A stretch of 64,000 nt of DNA from positions 43,656,280 through 43,720,279 of the forward strand of contig NC_057718.1 of NCBI RefSeq assembly GCF_004010195.1, read 5' to 3'. Shown one piece after another: positions 1 to 13,518 of this stretch (its first letter is position 1; every line of letters starts with the position of its first letter). The position numbers and the translations under genes were made by a program. The notes beneath the pieces are model-generated. The model did no database searches. It was not told the DNA's origin and saw only the letters and a list, made by a program, of their open reading frames with translations. Source of the stretch: Chiloscyllium plagiosum. Its lineage: Eukaryota.

Positions 1-333
1 GGTTTTTAAGATGATCAGAGGAATAGATAGAGTAGACAGTCAGAAACGTTTTCCCCGGGTGCAACAGAGTTTTACAAGGGGACATAAATTTAAGGTGAAG
101 GGTGGAAGGTATAGGGGAGATGTCAGGGGTGGGTTATTTACCCAGAGAGTGGTGGGGGCATGGAATGCGCTGCCTGTGGGAGTGGTAGAGTCAGAATCTT
201 TGGTGACCTTTAAGTGGCAATTGGATAGGTACATGGATGGGTGCTTAAGCTAGGACAAATGTTCGGCACAACATCGTGGGCCGAAGGGCCTGTTCTGTGC
301 TGTATTGTTCTATGTTCTATGTTCTATGTTCTA
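1..333 (+). mobile_element. CR1 LINE 3' end (RT C-terminus, 3' UTR, microsatellite tail)
   Basis: ORF 11..253 has CR1 ORF2 C-terminal motifs TRGHKFKV, FTQRVVGAWNALP and FKWQLDRYM; ends in a (GTTCTAT)n tail at ~306-333. Confidence 0.9.
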
Positions 334-339
334 TCTTAA

Positions 340-745
340 TAAGTGAGCCAGTGTTGGTCACACCTAATTTTTCCAGGCCTTCCAAAATGGCAATGATGCC
401 AGTAACCTTGGAGTAGGTGTTGTTTTATTGCAGGTGTTTGAGTCGGGAATAGAAAAGCCAGTGGTGTACTTCACTATGAAATTAAATCAATTTCAGAGAA
501 AGTACTCTACCATGAGAAAATAAACTTTGGAATTATTGTTGAATCTTCAGTAGTTTAAAGTCTATATCCGAGCCAATAACAAGGCAACATGAATTAATAC
601 TGATCATAATCTACTAGCCTTTATTGAAAGGTTTAAAAATTGGAATGGAAGTCTATTTAGATGGTGACTTTGATACAACCATTTAATGTGAAAATTAATC
701 ATATTACAGGTAAAAAAATGCAATTGTGGATACATTGTTCTGAAT
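340..745 (+). mobile_element. Gypsy LTR retrotransposon RNase H remnant
   Basis: Manual translation through stops and shifts: EPVLVTPNFSRP..DASNLGVGVVLLQ..EKPVVYF..KYST..TDHNLL..FRW..IQPFNVKINHITGK, matching Ty3/Gypsy RNase H motifs. Confidence 0.85.
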
Positions 746-912
746 GTAAAATGTTAGAATAAGCAAAATGTTTAATAAGATTGTTTAACGTTGCCTAAGG
801 GTGGAGGAAGAATGAATAGATGTAAGAATGTGTTTTGTTGTTTACATATCTCATGTTTTGTAATAAAACATATTTTTGAATTGGCATTCCATTTTCTTAA
901 GGGCAAAAGCAT

Positions 913-1856
913 TGTTAAGACTGTCTTTTCATTTTTGTGCCTTTTAAAACTTGAAGATGACATGGAGAACTGTTTTGAAACATGCAGTTTTAAAATGATG
1001 GTTTGAAAGTAAGGAATTTGATACTTTTTGTGAGCCCTGTTTGTGCAGCTATAGGTTTCAGCAAAGTGCGGACAAACTGGAGCTGAGGGGGTGTGTACAA
1101 GTGAAGCTGATTGGTTTGTGAACTAAGACCAATTATCAAAAGCCAAGCTTACCAAGAGCTCAGTGATGCTCTTGGTTGTCAGTAAGCTGAATAGCTTGAC
1201 CTGTGAATAAATTATTGAGAAGCTAGTTAGACCAGAAGAGAAATCAGCAGGTCTGCAGCAGCCAAATTCACAGTCTCTCAGTTCTCCGTAATAAACCATT
1301 TTAAGCCTGAAGAAAACCAACTTCTCTTTCATTCAGTAGATGGTGTAAGTTGTGACTTTGAAGTGGAAATGCCAGGGACTTTTCCAAAGTGAACCAATCA
1401 GCCTGTGTCTCTTGCAAACCAGTGGAAGCATTTGGGAAATAAGAGGTGCAGGAGACACCTTCTGTTCTCTCAGAGCCAACTCAAGAGATCTTGGGAACAA
1501 AGGCTATGAGCTGTTTTTCAAATCTTCCCTCAACCATGAGTTCCCCCCCCCCTCCCCCCCCCCCCCCCGTTAATGTGTGCATGTCAGGGGGACTTTATAA
1601 GGGGTTCACAGTTTCAATTTGTAGAGATCACTTAATTTAATTTAATTGCTTACCAGATCTAGGTAACTATTACCTGTAATAAATAATAATTCTTGTCATG
1701 TACAGCAACCTGATCTGTGCTTTCTATCAACCTCATGTCTGATAATCAGGCAGTTTGGGGATTTTGTGTATTTCTTTTTAAAAATGTTAACTTTTGCGAT
1801 GACTCCAGAATTAATGGGGCTTAGTCTCCAGTGCACCACCCCAGTGAGTTGCGACA
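913..1856 (+). mobile_element. Probable 3' LTR of the Gypsy element
   Basis: Follows the RNase H remnant; starts TGTTAAG, ends ..GCGACA, contains AATAAA (~1678) and a poly-C tract (1543-1568). Boundaries inferred. Confidence 0.45.
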
Positions 1857-4454
1857 CAGATACCAACATCTGTGGATGGGGGATTGCATGCGATTACTGT
1901 CCATGGTGTGTGCTCTGACAGGGTGGTGTCTGGTGTCCAAGTTGAAGGGCTTAAGGAGCAAGTGGTGACCGGGAGTTGTCAGGTTACCATTATGACTTTC
2001 ATGACTTGAATTGGCAATTGGGAGAATGGAAGCAGTATTTAAATAAAGTGAACTAATTTGATGCTCACAAATAGGCCTCTTGCTGCTCACTTGTGAAAAT
2101 CACGTCTTGCTGTTCAACAGTTGTTTGGAGAATGGAGAATGGAAGTTTTTGCTCTCAATGTTGAGAATTACCTCCCTGCTAATTGTACACAAATTTCCCA
2201 GCTTGCTTGCCAATGCCGGTCATTCAGTGTGTGGAATGATTCTGCCCACTGATCCAGTTGCTTATTATACGGTGTTTCCTGTTGCTAAAATTATTTATTT
2301 TAACCAAAATATTTTCAGCCATGTTAATTCAGTTATAGACACTAAAAAAAACAAAAGTACTTCATAATGTTATTGTATACATTGACAGTTTGCTGTAACA
2401 ATTTAAATTGTGATTGTCAATGATTTTCCATTTTGCACTGGAAAGACTCTGTGAATCAAAAATACAAATACTGAGTTTCTTCCAAAAACGATCCTGCCGG
2501 AAGCTATCTTTGTGTCCTATTCCTGGATCTGTAAATACTGATATATGATCTCAGTGATTTAAAATCCTTATTGGATTTTCAACAAACCTGATAAATTACT
2601 TCCTCTCGCGAGCCTCAGCTTTTCTTCCTGAAATGGTGGGCTGAGATTCATTGGTGTATTCAGCTGCACATCTACGAACACTGCCTTTCAGCATTAATTT
2701 TCCACTTCAATGTCTTAAACTCTGTAGGAGCTTGAGAAAACTTATTTGGGGACCTTCTGTTGTTAGATTATTGGATTTTTAGAAATGGCATTTGGGAGCT
2801 AATGAAGTTACATGAGAATTTGAATATTAACTTGCAGTAGATAGTGCAGGGCCATTGTTTTGGCTTCAGTTTCTTCTCAGATACCATTAAGAACTGTTAC
2901 AAAGGCACTACGAGGTGTCTGGGTAGGCTTGCTCTCAGATGCAAAAAAATAAGGATGGTGATGTTCCATGCTTTGTTTAGAGTATGGAAGTCAGACCTGG
3001 GACATACCATGTAAGTTGGAAATAGAAATGTGAATTGCGAGAGGGAGAGAGAGAGAAAGTGGAGATTTATTTTGAAGTTTAAAAATTACATAAAAAGGGT
3101 TATGTAGCCTTATGAAGGACAAACATTAAAACTTAGAAATGATGAAACTGATCAAAACTCTTTATGTGCATCCAAATTCAGACCAGTATCGTCATTTTCT
3201 AGTTTTATGTTTATTTTATTGCCTTTTCCCTCTGTTAGGCAGGTTTGATTCACACCTATATACATCTACATGTATATTAGTTTGTTCTCAAATCAAGTTG
3301 CAAATTCGCTTGGATACTTTTTCAAAAATGTATGTACTTGCCTGTCTTATGAAACATGAAATCTTTTGAGTAATGATCATGCTGCAGGTTCTCTGAACAC
3401 CCATTTCTACACCATCAGCAGTATCGATTGTCAAAATAATCAGTTTCTTTCCAAATCTTCTTGAACTGTATTGTTGTGAAAAAAGACCACAAACTCAGGG
3501 AACATTTTACAGCTATTGCCCAACTGTTTCAGTTGGTAAAATGACAATGGGTACAAATAAGGTACTAGTGTCTAAATAAATTCCTGAATCTGATATCCCC
3601 TCAGAATTGTTTCTAAAATGTTTAGTGTCAAACAGAAAGAATGATGAATAATGCTTTATTGCAAATAGCTCAGCTAAAGATTTTAGGATGGAAATTACCC
3701 CTCCCTGCTATAGCATGAACAATGATGAGTAAGGTGGGAAAGTACAGAGAGATGAAAAAAATCACATTTCCTACAGCGAGAATTCTTTTTGCAATTTCCC
3801 CTCAAGCCTTAAATAGTGACTTTAGAATCTTGCCATTTTGAGTGGTGACTCACTTATTGCCATACATTTGCATCTCATTTAGGTCCCAATTCACCTTATT
3901 ATTTGTCACTTCTGATTCTCACCACCTCCACTGAAACCACACAGCACAAATTTCCAGAATGCTCACCATCCTCCTCCACTCTCTATCATACATGCAAGTT
4001 GGCATCACAAGCCACCAGTCTTATCAGATTATGCCTGCTCTCACACCAACTCTCACACCACGTCAGCTCTTCAACAATTGCTTTGGAGCTCAGGGACAAC
4101 TGTCACTTGCATCCTTCTGCAGGTTACTTTGTACACAGGGACAGACACACAAGTTATGTGCCTGCACAAGATGGGTTTTCTGCCTCTTAGCCTGCTTTTT
4201 TAGCATGCGTTTACTTTGTGCTTACTTGAAAGCTTAGCAACCTGTGTGTGTGTGTCACATTGCTTTCTTAGAATACCCAAATGCTTCTGCACTGATTTAC
4301 AGGGTGCCAACCTCTGTGTGGCTCATATTGCTTTCTTAGCATGCAAAAGTTACAGGCTGCCAGCCTCTGGGGCTTGCGTTTCATTTTGTCAGTGAGGGAG
4401 AAGCAAGCAGCTTGCTACAGCAGAGAGTACTGAACAGTTAGGATAGGACAAAAA

Positions 4455-5190
4455 AAGACTTAGGGGGATTTGTACATGAAACGCAGAAAGCAAGCATGTA
4501 CCAGCCATGTGTTGTCAAACTCCAGTGCAGCAGATAATCAGGAAGGCTAATGGGATGTTGACCCTTATTTCAGAAAGATTGGACTATCGGCAGAGGAGGT
4601 CTGACTGCAACTGTACAAGGTGTTTGTGACACCACATCTGGAGAATTGTAGGCAATGTTTGTCCCATTATCTAAGGAAAGATATTATTTCATTGGAGGCA
4701 GTTCAGAGAAGGTTGGCTAGGATTACCCCAGTACAGAGGGATTGTCTTATGAGTAAAGGCGAAAAAGATTGGGACTCTATCATTGGAGTTTAGAAGAATG
4801 AGAGATGATCTCATTGAAACATACAGGATTCTTAAGGGGCTTGACAGGTGAATGCTGAGAGGATGGTTCCTCTCATGGTTGAGTCTAAGACCAAAACATA
4901 CAGTGTCAAAATTAAGGGCCATCAGTTTAAGACTGGAATGAGAAAGAATTTTTTTCTGTCAAAGGCTTGAGAGTCTTTGGAATGCCTTGCCACAGAGAGC
5001 TGTGGGGAGGCACAGTCTTTGTGTATATCTAAGGCTGACGTAAAGATTCTTGATCAGTAGAGAAATCGAGGATTGTGGAGTGAGGGCAGCAAACTGGACC
5101 TGAGGGATGTTTGATCAGCCATGATCCTATTGAATGGTGGAGTGGGCTTGATGGTCTGAATGGCCTATTCCTTTTTCTTACAGTTTTACC
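4455..5190 (+). mobile_element. CR1 LINE 3' fragment, decayed
   Basis: Degenerate RT C-terminal sequence (gatctcattgaaacatacaggattcttaagggg; tggaatgccttgccacagag) and CR1 3' UTR (gccatgatcctattgaatggtggag). Confidence 0.85.
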
Positions 5191-6429
5191 GTGTGAACTG
5201 TTCTACAGCATACACCTTACAGCATGTTTGTGTTAAACATCTTGCAGAAGTTTCTAGCAAATGGCCATGTGCTAATATCAAATGTGAGCAGACTTAGTTG
5301 GTCCAATGGGGACTGCAGTCAGTCAGAGGTTATTGCTACAGTAATTCAAGGGTCTCATCTCATTCAATTCCAAGTAATTGATCATCTGGTGCATTCCAGA
5401 ATCTGAGGATCCATGTCCTTGCAGTCCAGGGATTGGATCATTGTAAGTCCCACAAGTCAAGTGCAAGCAATTGGGAAATTATTGATAAGCCATTTGGGGT
5501 GCTGCTGAGACATCAGCCTGAGGGCTATCAGGGATGCTTTGCCGAGCCAGTCCGGTGTGGTGGGCCATGATCAGTAACGGGGATTTGGTCAGTAAGGGTC
5601 AGGGGCTTATCAATTGGCAGCCCATGGAGTCCTTGGGAAAATGGACAACTGAAGGTTGCAGGGCCAACAATGGCATGGGAGTTTCTAGTCATAGGCTCTG
5701 GAGGTAGCATTGTCGCTTTGATAGTTATAAGTTTGAAAGGGACACAATGGAAACAGTGGGATGCTGGCAGATTGTGGAGCCATATGAACACAAACAAGAA
5801 CAAAAAGAATGAGGAGATGCTTGTGTGGCACAAGTGGATCCTGCAACTCATTTACATTGACATGAAGTTGAAACCTTGCCATGTTAGACTAAAAGTCAAA
5901 TGTGCAAGAAATACACAATATGGCAGACACTGAGTGCAGAGTGGGTAGAGTAATTTTTTTTTATCTACAAGGGTAGGATAAAACTCTTGGAGTTTTAGGC
6001 CCCACTAGGGATGATTGCAGTAATCATGTTTCTACTAATTCAATGATTCCACCTATCTGGCTTCAATTTGAACATCATTGGCAGATCATTCATTATAAAA
6101 TTATGGCCTTAAGCAATCATGAGAGTTACATTGTGTGTACTAATTGACTCTTTATGATGTCAGCTCAGCACTGTTATAGGAACAAGGCACTTAAAAGCTG
6201 TACTTGAAGTTCCCATTTCAACAACACATTCTGTACCAATCACTGCCTGATAATGTTCATTGCTCCAACACACACACACACTGAACTGTAACTATTCAAG
6301 GACAGTCTGCAATGTGGAAGTAAATATTTTCTTTAGAGTGTGGAATGATCATGGTGGCGTACTGGCAGAATTCTACTCCCACTGTAGTATGAAAACTTTG
6401 CTTGTACAACATACATTTCAGTAGCATGA

Positions 6430-6960
6430 CAGGCCTCAGAGCTCGTTATAGAAGCATGACAGTTACTTCCTTGGGAAGCCTCGATGCCACACATGAAAAT
6501 TTCGTTGCTCAGGACTTCCTTTAAAAAAATTGCATTATCATTTTGACATTGTTCGCAAATTACCTGCTCATGAATCTCGGATAGAGATCATGTGCTGGGG
6601 TCATTGCAAATTTGCTGCAAGTCTGAAGATGACGTAAAAAAAGACAGCAAATGCTACATCATCAGCAAGTCTAGCAAGAACAGCAATTGCTATATAGTAT
6701 CCAGAGGGAGAAGCAGCAAGTGAAGATTCACCAGGGAGATGAAACCATATTTTGCACCACACATCTACAGGCTTTGCTGTCATTTCCATCAACAGTCTGT
6801 AAGGAAGTGCAGATGCTGACTAAGCATGTACCAGCCATGTGTTGTCAAACTCCTTCGTCTGTTAGAGAAGGACTCATGCTCAAAAGTGTGCGTTTGCTTC
6901 CAACATGGTGTTTCATCTGATCAAACAATGCTTGTGTTGTCTCTTGAAGGCACAAATGTG
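6430..6960 (+). mobile_element. Possible decayed Gypsy gag
   Basis: RDHVLG-like segment and a frameshifted CCHC-like knuckle (VCFQHGV/HLIKQC, ~6890-6930). Weak. Confidence 0.25.
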
Positions 6961-8754
6961 TCTGGACTAATGTTAAGTCATGACATTACAACAGTGGAGC
7001 ATATTTTCAATAGAATGTCATACTTTGCCTGTTCGGAGTTAAGAATGAGTATGAAATCTTTATACCCCTAGGATTCATGTTATAATACAGTGATGATACC
7101 ATGAGTCTGTCTCTTTAGTACCTGACATACTGACCTTGACACATAACACAACATCCTACTTTTTCCCAAGGTAAAAACTCACCCCAAACAGATATACATA
7201 GTTGCAGATATGCATATGTTACCAATTTAGTAATTACATGAACAGGTAAAACATAAGTTACAAGACCAATGTTTCAAACTTGAGTGTAACATTTAGAAGG
7301 TTTAGCAAAATGTCCTGATCTGTTGATCATTTATCCATCTCGTAAAATGTGTTGATCTCTGTTTGCGCTAGTATGACAACTTTGTTGCCTTGCTGCTAGT
7401 TGCTGTCATTCAATGTCACCACACAGACACCATCATTGATGTCTTCTTTGACACTCTCTTCAGTTTTGATTAGTGTACTGTATATTAACCTGAGCTGGCT
7501 TCTGCTCATTTTAACATTGCACCATGATATGTAATACCTTTATATCATCCAGATTGATTGTATATCCTAGAAACTTTTACCAGTACTCAGGAATTTGAAT
7601 TTGGATTTCTTACTTGCACTCTGCCTAGTGTGGCATTTTGCTATTTCACTACTTGCTCACTTGTCATGTATCTCTTTCATTCACCTCTGTCATTGAGGAA
7701 GAATGTCCTGAATCTTGGAATGATTAGACAAGTTGGGAATATATCGTGAGATGAAATTGACAAAACCTGAGGCAGCATCACAGGTTCCCCTTTCCAGTAA
7801 GATTGGCATTTGTTTAGTAGCTCAGTCCTAACTGGATCAGGACTGACTCTATGGGAAGTGTGCACAGGCCCATAGAAGGTTTGCTTGCTGGTGTTGGGCT
7901 GGCCCTTTGTGCTGTTAAATTGTAGACCTTGGTGTTCCCCTGATGTTATTAGCAGATAAAGGTTGTGGTCATTCTGTGCCTTTGTCTCAACTATGACCAC
8001 AATAGCATCAACAACCAGAAACATTGTCAACAATCCTATTCATTTACTATTGGAATATGTCTTAGCTAATTGTTAGCCCAAATGGTAACCATCAGAAGCA
8101 GTACTCTCCAAATGGTCCCGTGAATAATGTTAACTCTTTGGGTTCTTTTACAAAAGAATGGCCAGTATCCATGCCTCACTTTATCTTAGAAAAGAATTTT
8201 GCTCAATAAAATGTAGGTTTTGATTCTTCTAGAATCGGCATTTGGATTGCCAACTTTTAAGTGAAAGTGGCGCCTGAATCCAGGTATATTTTTATGGTGC
8301 CATCATTCTTTAAAGCAATTGTGATGGAGCAGCACAATATTGTGTGGTGGTCAACCTTCTAAGTTACATCAAATCAGTTCTACTCAAGGCATCTCCTAAA
8401 TGTCCCCACTACACTTCCTTGGAAGATCAATAAATGGAGTTGTATTATCCTTAAGGCGTGATTCTGCATCATCCTTAAAATCGCAAATCTATCTGAAAAC
8501 AAATATTTGAGATCTTGGGCTGATTCGATTGTGTCACTGTGAAACAAGAGACTGCTGGCAATGTAAGCTCAGTGCAGCATAACGCAATGAGGTTACTGGA
8601 TTGACTAGCCATTGGCACCTCTCCACCCCCACATGAACAGTCATGATCTTTTCTGGCCAATCCAGAATATTTTGCTCGATATAAACTGAGGAGCCTGATG
8701 TCTGCCAGACCTCACTGATCCTGAGCATCTTCGGCAAATTATGGACCATTGAGA

Positions 8755-9735
8755 CAAAGGGAGGGATTGAGTCTGATAGAAGTGGATGGAAATGAAATCA
8801 CCTGTGATGTGTAAGTACGTGAGGCCCTGACAACATTCTAGCAATAATACTGAAGACTTCTGATCCAGAGTTTGTCATTTCAAATACAGCTACCAGACTG
8901 GCATCTACCTGACAAAATAAAAATTGCCCAGGTATGTCCTAGAATAGAGTTGATTTCCTGCCATGTGGAAATAGGCACTTCAGCCCAACAAGTCCACACT
9001 GACCCTCAAAAGAAAATCCCACCCAAACCTATACATTTATCCCTGACTAACTTACACATCTCTGGACACTCTTCGCAATTTAGATGGCCAATCTACCTAA
9101 CCTACACATCTTTGGATTGTGGGAAGAAACCCACACAGATACAGGGAGAATGTGCTAACTCCACACAGACAGGCGCCCAAGGCTGGAATTGAACCCAGGT
9201 CCCTGGCACTGTGAAGCAGCAGTCACCATACCATCTAGTACCACTGAGTCACCATACCATCTAGTACAGCCTAACCAATTACAGGCTCATTAGTCCACTC
9301 TCAATCATCAGGAGAGTGATGGAAGGGATCATCAACAGAGCTGTAAAGCAGTATTTGCTTAGTAATAAGCTGCTCACTGACACATGGTTTGGATTCCAAC
9401 ACAACTACTCAGCTCCTGTCTTCATTGCAGTCTCGGTCTAACATGGACAAATTAGCTCAATTGTAGTGTTCAGGTGAAAACGTCTGGCCTGACATCAAGA
9501 CTGCATTTGACCAATATGGAGTATTAGTAAAATTGGAGTCAAAAGGAATCAAGGGGAAAACTCTCTATTGGTTGGAATTATCCCTGACACAAAGGAGGAT
9601 GTGGTTGTTGGAGATCAACCATCTCAGCTCCAGAGTACCTTTGCAGGAGTAGTATCCTCGGTTCAAGATCTTCAGCTGTTTCATCAATGACCTTCCCTTC
9701 ATCATGAGGTCAGAAGTGGGCTTGTTCTTTGTGAA
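8755..9735 (+). mobile_element. APE-type LINE RT fragment (family of 15217-16850), interrupted by a SINE
   Basis: RT motifs around aattacaggctcattagt (NYRLIS), tttggattcc (FGF) and gacatcaagactgcatttgac (DIKTAFD); family-type 3' tail gggcaataaatg at ~10774. Confidence 0.7.
8942..9258 (-). mobile_element. HE1-type tRNA-derived V-SINE
   Basis: Reverse complement of the SINE at 32362 (cacatctttggattgtgggaagaaacc..gaattgaacccaggtccctggcactgtga). Confidence 0.85.
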
Positions 9736-9739
9736 CCTT

Positions 9740-10740
9740 GGCACCACGGGAAATACAGTCCTCTGGATTCTCTGCGTTTTCTTCAGAGAGCAGCACCTAC
9801 TCTGTAAGTATGTATCCCCAATTACTATTATATGTCAGTTTTCTCCCCCTACTTGAATGGTGCTCTGAAATGAAATGCTGTGGCCAGTTCACTCACACTT
9901 TCTGAAGTCTGTGCACTCATTCAAACTGGGAGTAACAACCTCATACAAATTTGACAAGGGTACTGTTCGAGACTCCTCCAAAGCTAAATTCTGGATCCCC
10001 ATTCCTGTCTCATTCAGAGTGACACCCTCCTGTTCCTGATGACAGACCCAATTTGATGTAATTAATCTAAGGTGTATGATTTTACTCTGAAACAGTGTCT
10101 AGGTATCCCACTGCCTCCCTGACATATCACAATGTCTGCACCTCAGACTACAGCTCATGAACCTTGAACTTAAGTTTCTCGAGCAGCAAACACTTTTTGC
10201 AGATGTGGTGACAAGGATTGTACTGACATCCACCAGCTTCCACATACTTCAGCTGCAGTACATCACCTACCCAGTCATCTCTATTCTCTTCAATTCATTA
10301 ACTTGGATTCTGAATGTCTTAAGTATATTTCTCAACTGTACTCTTCATCTGTAATAATGTCTTCTGATTTAAACCACAATGTCAATCAAAAGAGACACTG
10401 AAGGAGTACCCACCAAACATGTACCTGTTTTCCTGTGACATCAAACTTTGTCTCTGACCGGTGGAAACAAACTGAAGGAACTCTTTGCCATCAGTTTTTA
10501 TCTTCCATTTGCTGCTGCCCTTTTTCACTCAGGTCTGCTGTTGTCTTTATGAAGCTGCCAGTCCCATACTCTCTGACATTCTTTATGAACCTGCTGCCCC
10601 TGCAGTCTCTTTCACTCTTTATGGTGTGACCATCCCTGCCATCTCTTGCATTTGTTTGCTGCCCCTACTGAAGCTGTGCTGTTCGGAAGTCCGGGATTGT
10701 TCACTTTCTTGCTCTTTAAGGTGCTGGTGACTGTCTCTGG
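9740..10740 (-). mobile_element. CR1 ORF1/5' region fragment
   Basis: Minus-strand translation ~10265-10090: YCS*SMWKLVD..HICKKCLLLEKLKFKVHEL*SEVQTL*YVRE, a zinc-finger/leucine-zipper pattern typical of CR1 ORF1. Confidence 0.6.
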
Positions 10741-12434
10741 ATTCCACTCTCTCTTGCATTTAATGCATTAATTGGGCAATAAATGATAGCATTCCCAGCA
10801 TTATTCACATCATAAAAAAATAATAAAAGAAAATGTAATTGCTTCCTGATATGTTTCCTTACATGTGGACTCACCTGAATACAGCAGAACATAAAGTATT
10901 TTCAGTAGGGTTGATGAATATTTCAGAAGACATGCGCTTTTTAATGTTAGTGAAATCTGTCACATTTAACATTTAGCTCAACTACAATAGATAGACAAAC
11001 ATGATTGCAAGAGGAATAATTACAGTAGCTTTTGCACTATGCATGCAAAATCAACTAGTATTAGTTCACAATAAATAACAACTGCATACAAAAGAGCTGA
11101 GATGTTCAAAAGCTATTGTCTTTGTGAGTGTTCAATAAAATTTGAAAATACAACCTCTTTTTTTCAAATACAGTGTGTACAATGGTATAAAGAAGGTTGC
11201 CTGTTACCAGCTGCTATTGTACTTACATAAATATCAATAGCATTTATGTTGATTGACTGTGTGAGTAGTAGTTAGCACATTGCTTCCTGTTTCTGTTACT
11301 TGGCTTCAAGTGCAATCCATGGTGATTTGTGTCCTCTATCCATTGACAATATAAACGAGATCTGAGCAGTTCTATAGTAATTTCTAATGTTTATGGTTGC
11401 ATAACAAAAACAAAAATTAAGGTTTATTATTTTCATGCCTTTCTACTGAAAAGATAAATAATTTTACTTTTTTTCATTCACTCGGTTTGTGTAATATTTT
11501 GTCTTTAAAATGTGCAACTGTCCAGAATTTGGACCATAAAAGGAAAAAGAAATATTAGACGTGTGTTCTGGTGATATTGAATTGAGCCATTTCAAAGGTG
11601 GCTTCTATGGAAAATTTGAAAAAAAAAACCCTCTGGGACAATGGTGAGTGCTTCAGAATTGTTACTAAGGCAAGGTACTGGGGCACTCATGCAACAGCTA
11701 TCTATACCATGGTCAACAACATACTGAAAGGGAAAAAAATATGCATTCTGTTTTCAGCACAAATATTTTTTTCTCTTAAGGCAAAAAGGTTATTAAATAC
11801 CATGATGGCAAGATTTGGTAAGACGTTAGGATGATCATGTTGGAAATTTTACCTCCTAGTATGGATTAGATAGGCAATGAAGGGAATACCTGCTTCGTCC
11901 TTCTAGGATGAGGCCAGGACCATTTCCGTATGATAGCACCCATATTTTAAATTTGGAAAACAAGCTTCCTTCCAATTTGATGAGGAGACTGGATGCATCC
12001 ACAAGAAGGCATCAAGGGCCAAGATCCAAATGGATCTGAATGCCTTGTTTCCACTGGATGGACAGAATTAAAAATGTCAGCATTCATAGAATGACATCAC
12101 TGAAATCCGTTGTGAAAAATTAATATCTCTAGTAATTAGCACTGGTTATAAGGCAATGTTCAAAGCAAATGAAACATTGGAGAAATTCTGTTTTGTTTTC
12201 TGTGTTTGTGTGAATTAGAAATGCATGGCTATTTTATTAATAATTATATATTTTAGACTCCATAATGCAATCTGTTACAAAAATAACTCCATGGTAGAAA
12301 TACAATTGTTCAAACCAATCAAAACTAATTTGAAATCTTTCCTTTGTTTTCAATTCCTTGAACATAGAGAATGGGTCTCACTGAGCTGAATGTATACATA
12401 ATGGTATATCCAAGTACTGGGCAAAGTTCCTCAA

Positions 12435-13518
12435 TTTGACACTGTTCTAATGGATACCCCAAATTGTTAAGCTCCCGGAGGAGAAAGGAAGAACTGATTT
12501 CCTTTAATTTCATTTGTCTTCTCAAGTGGTCACAGCAGGGTTATTTTAAAAATTGATCTCTTCCCTATTGGTTATCTTTCTTCCAAACCCAAATGAACTT
12601 ATGTTTTAAAAGGAACAGATTTAACCAGGCTTTCTTGAGTTAGGAAAGAGTGAGCTTATTAATTATGAAGCTCAAGAAGAATTATTTACACCACACATGT
12701 AAACACGGATTAGAAATAAGACATGAGTACAAAGAAATATTTAAAAAGATGTACAGATCAGTCTTTGGTTATTTGCTAAGAGTGGATAGTTGAACATTGC
12801 CACCCTGAAAGAAAAGTTATTGGTAGCACTGATGTTGATAGTTGAACACTTGATTTCAAGATTATTAGTTTTCAGGCTGTTTGATATACTGCTATTCTGA
12901 TTTTTCATCTTTGATTGAAATCCAGCATTCAGGGTCAGAGTGCCTTCTGTTGCCCTGTTTCCTTTTGTCTGGCTAGCTAGCTAGCTACTAGCACTCAGAG
13001 TGAGAGCATTCCTTTCCCAGCAATACACTGGCAACCAGGGAATAGTTCTTTGACTGTGACCTTTACAGAGCATTAATGTTTGAATTCAGGATAATACACA
13101 CTAGTAAGAGAGCCCATTGGCACATATGAGAATTTTCATCCCACTCGCACACTCCAGTAGAGTTGAAACTGGCTTTCCAATCCATGTTTTTGTGTCTTCT
13201 TCAAAGCAGAAAACATAAATTAGGTCAGAAATTTGGGAGATAATCTGCAGGGGGTGCTTTCTGTTGATCAGAGAGTCATCAGCCTTTCATTATCTTTGTA
13301 GTTGCAAGAAATCATAGACAAGTCTATTTTGTTTAAATTTTCCTATTCCCCTTTAAAGAGTTGTTGTTTGAAGTTCCCTTCACATCTTTAGGTGTGACAT
13401 TCCATAGGTCTCACTCTCCAGACAGCCATTTAACTTCTATCCACAGCCATTTTTGACACTATTCTGATGAATACCCCAAATTGTTAAGCTCCTGGAGAAG
13501 ATGGCTGAACTGATTTCC
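12435..13518. repeat. Pair of ~67-bp imperfect direct repeats ~1 kb apart (possible LTR-derived block)
   Basis: 12435-12502 and 13452-13518 share tttgacact..ataccccaaattgttaagctcc..gaactgatttcc. Confidence 0.75.

Noticed and set aside
2881..3010. Exon-like segment (ttcttctcag|..|gtaagt) with one open frame
   Set aside because: Translation DTIKNCYKGTTRCLGRL.. matches no usherin exon or protein I recognise; such splice-like pairs are common by chance.
3397..3561. Open stretch faintly like usherin exon 19
   Set aside because: No usable acceptor, the conserved Trp is missing, and similarity is at chance level.
7131..7139. Perfect ERR response element (TCAAGGTCA on the - strand)
   Set aside because: A single 9-mer is expected by chance in a window this size.
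11526..11649. Segment ending in a strong donor ATG|gtgagt
   Set aside because: No recognisable homology, and stops in the frames examined.
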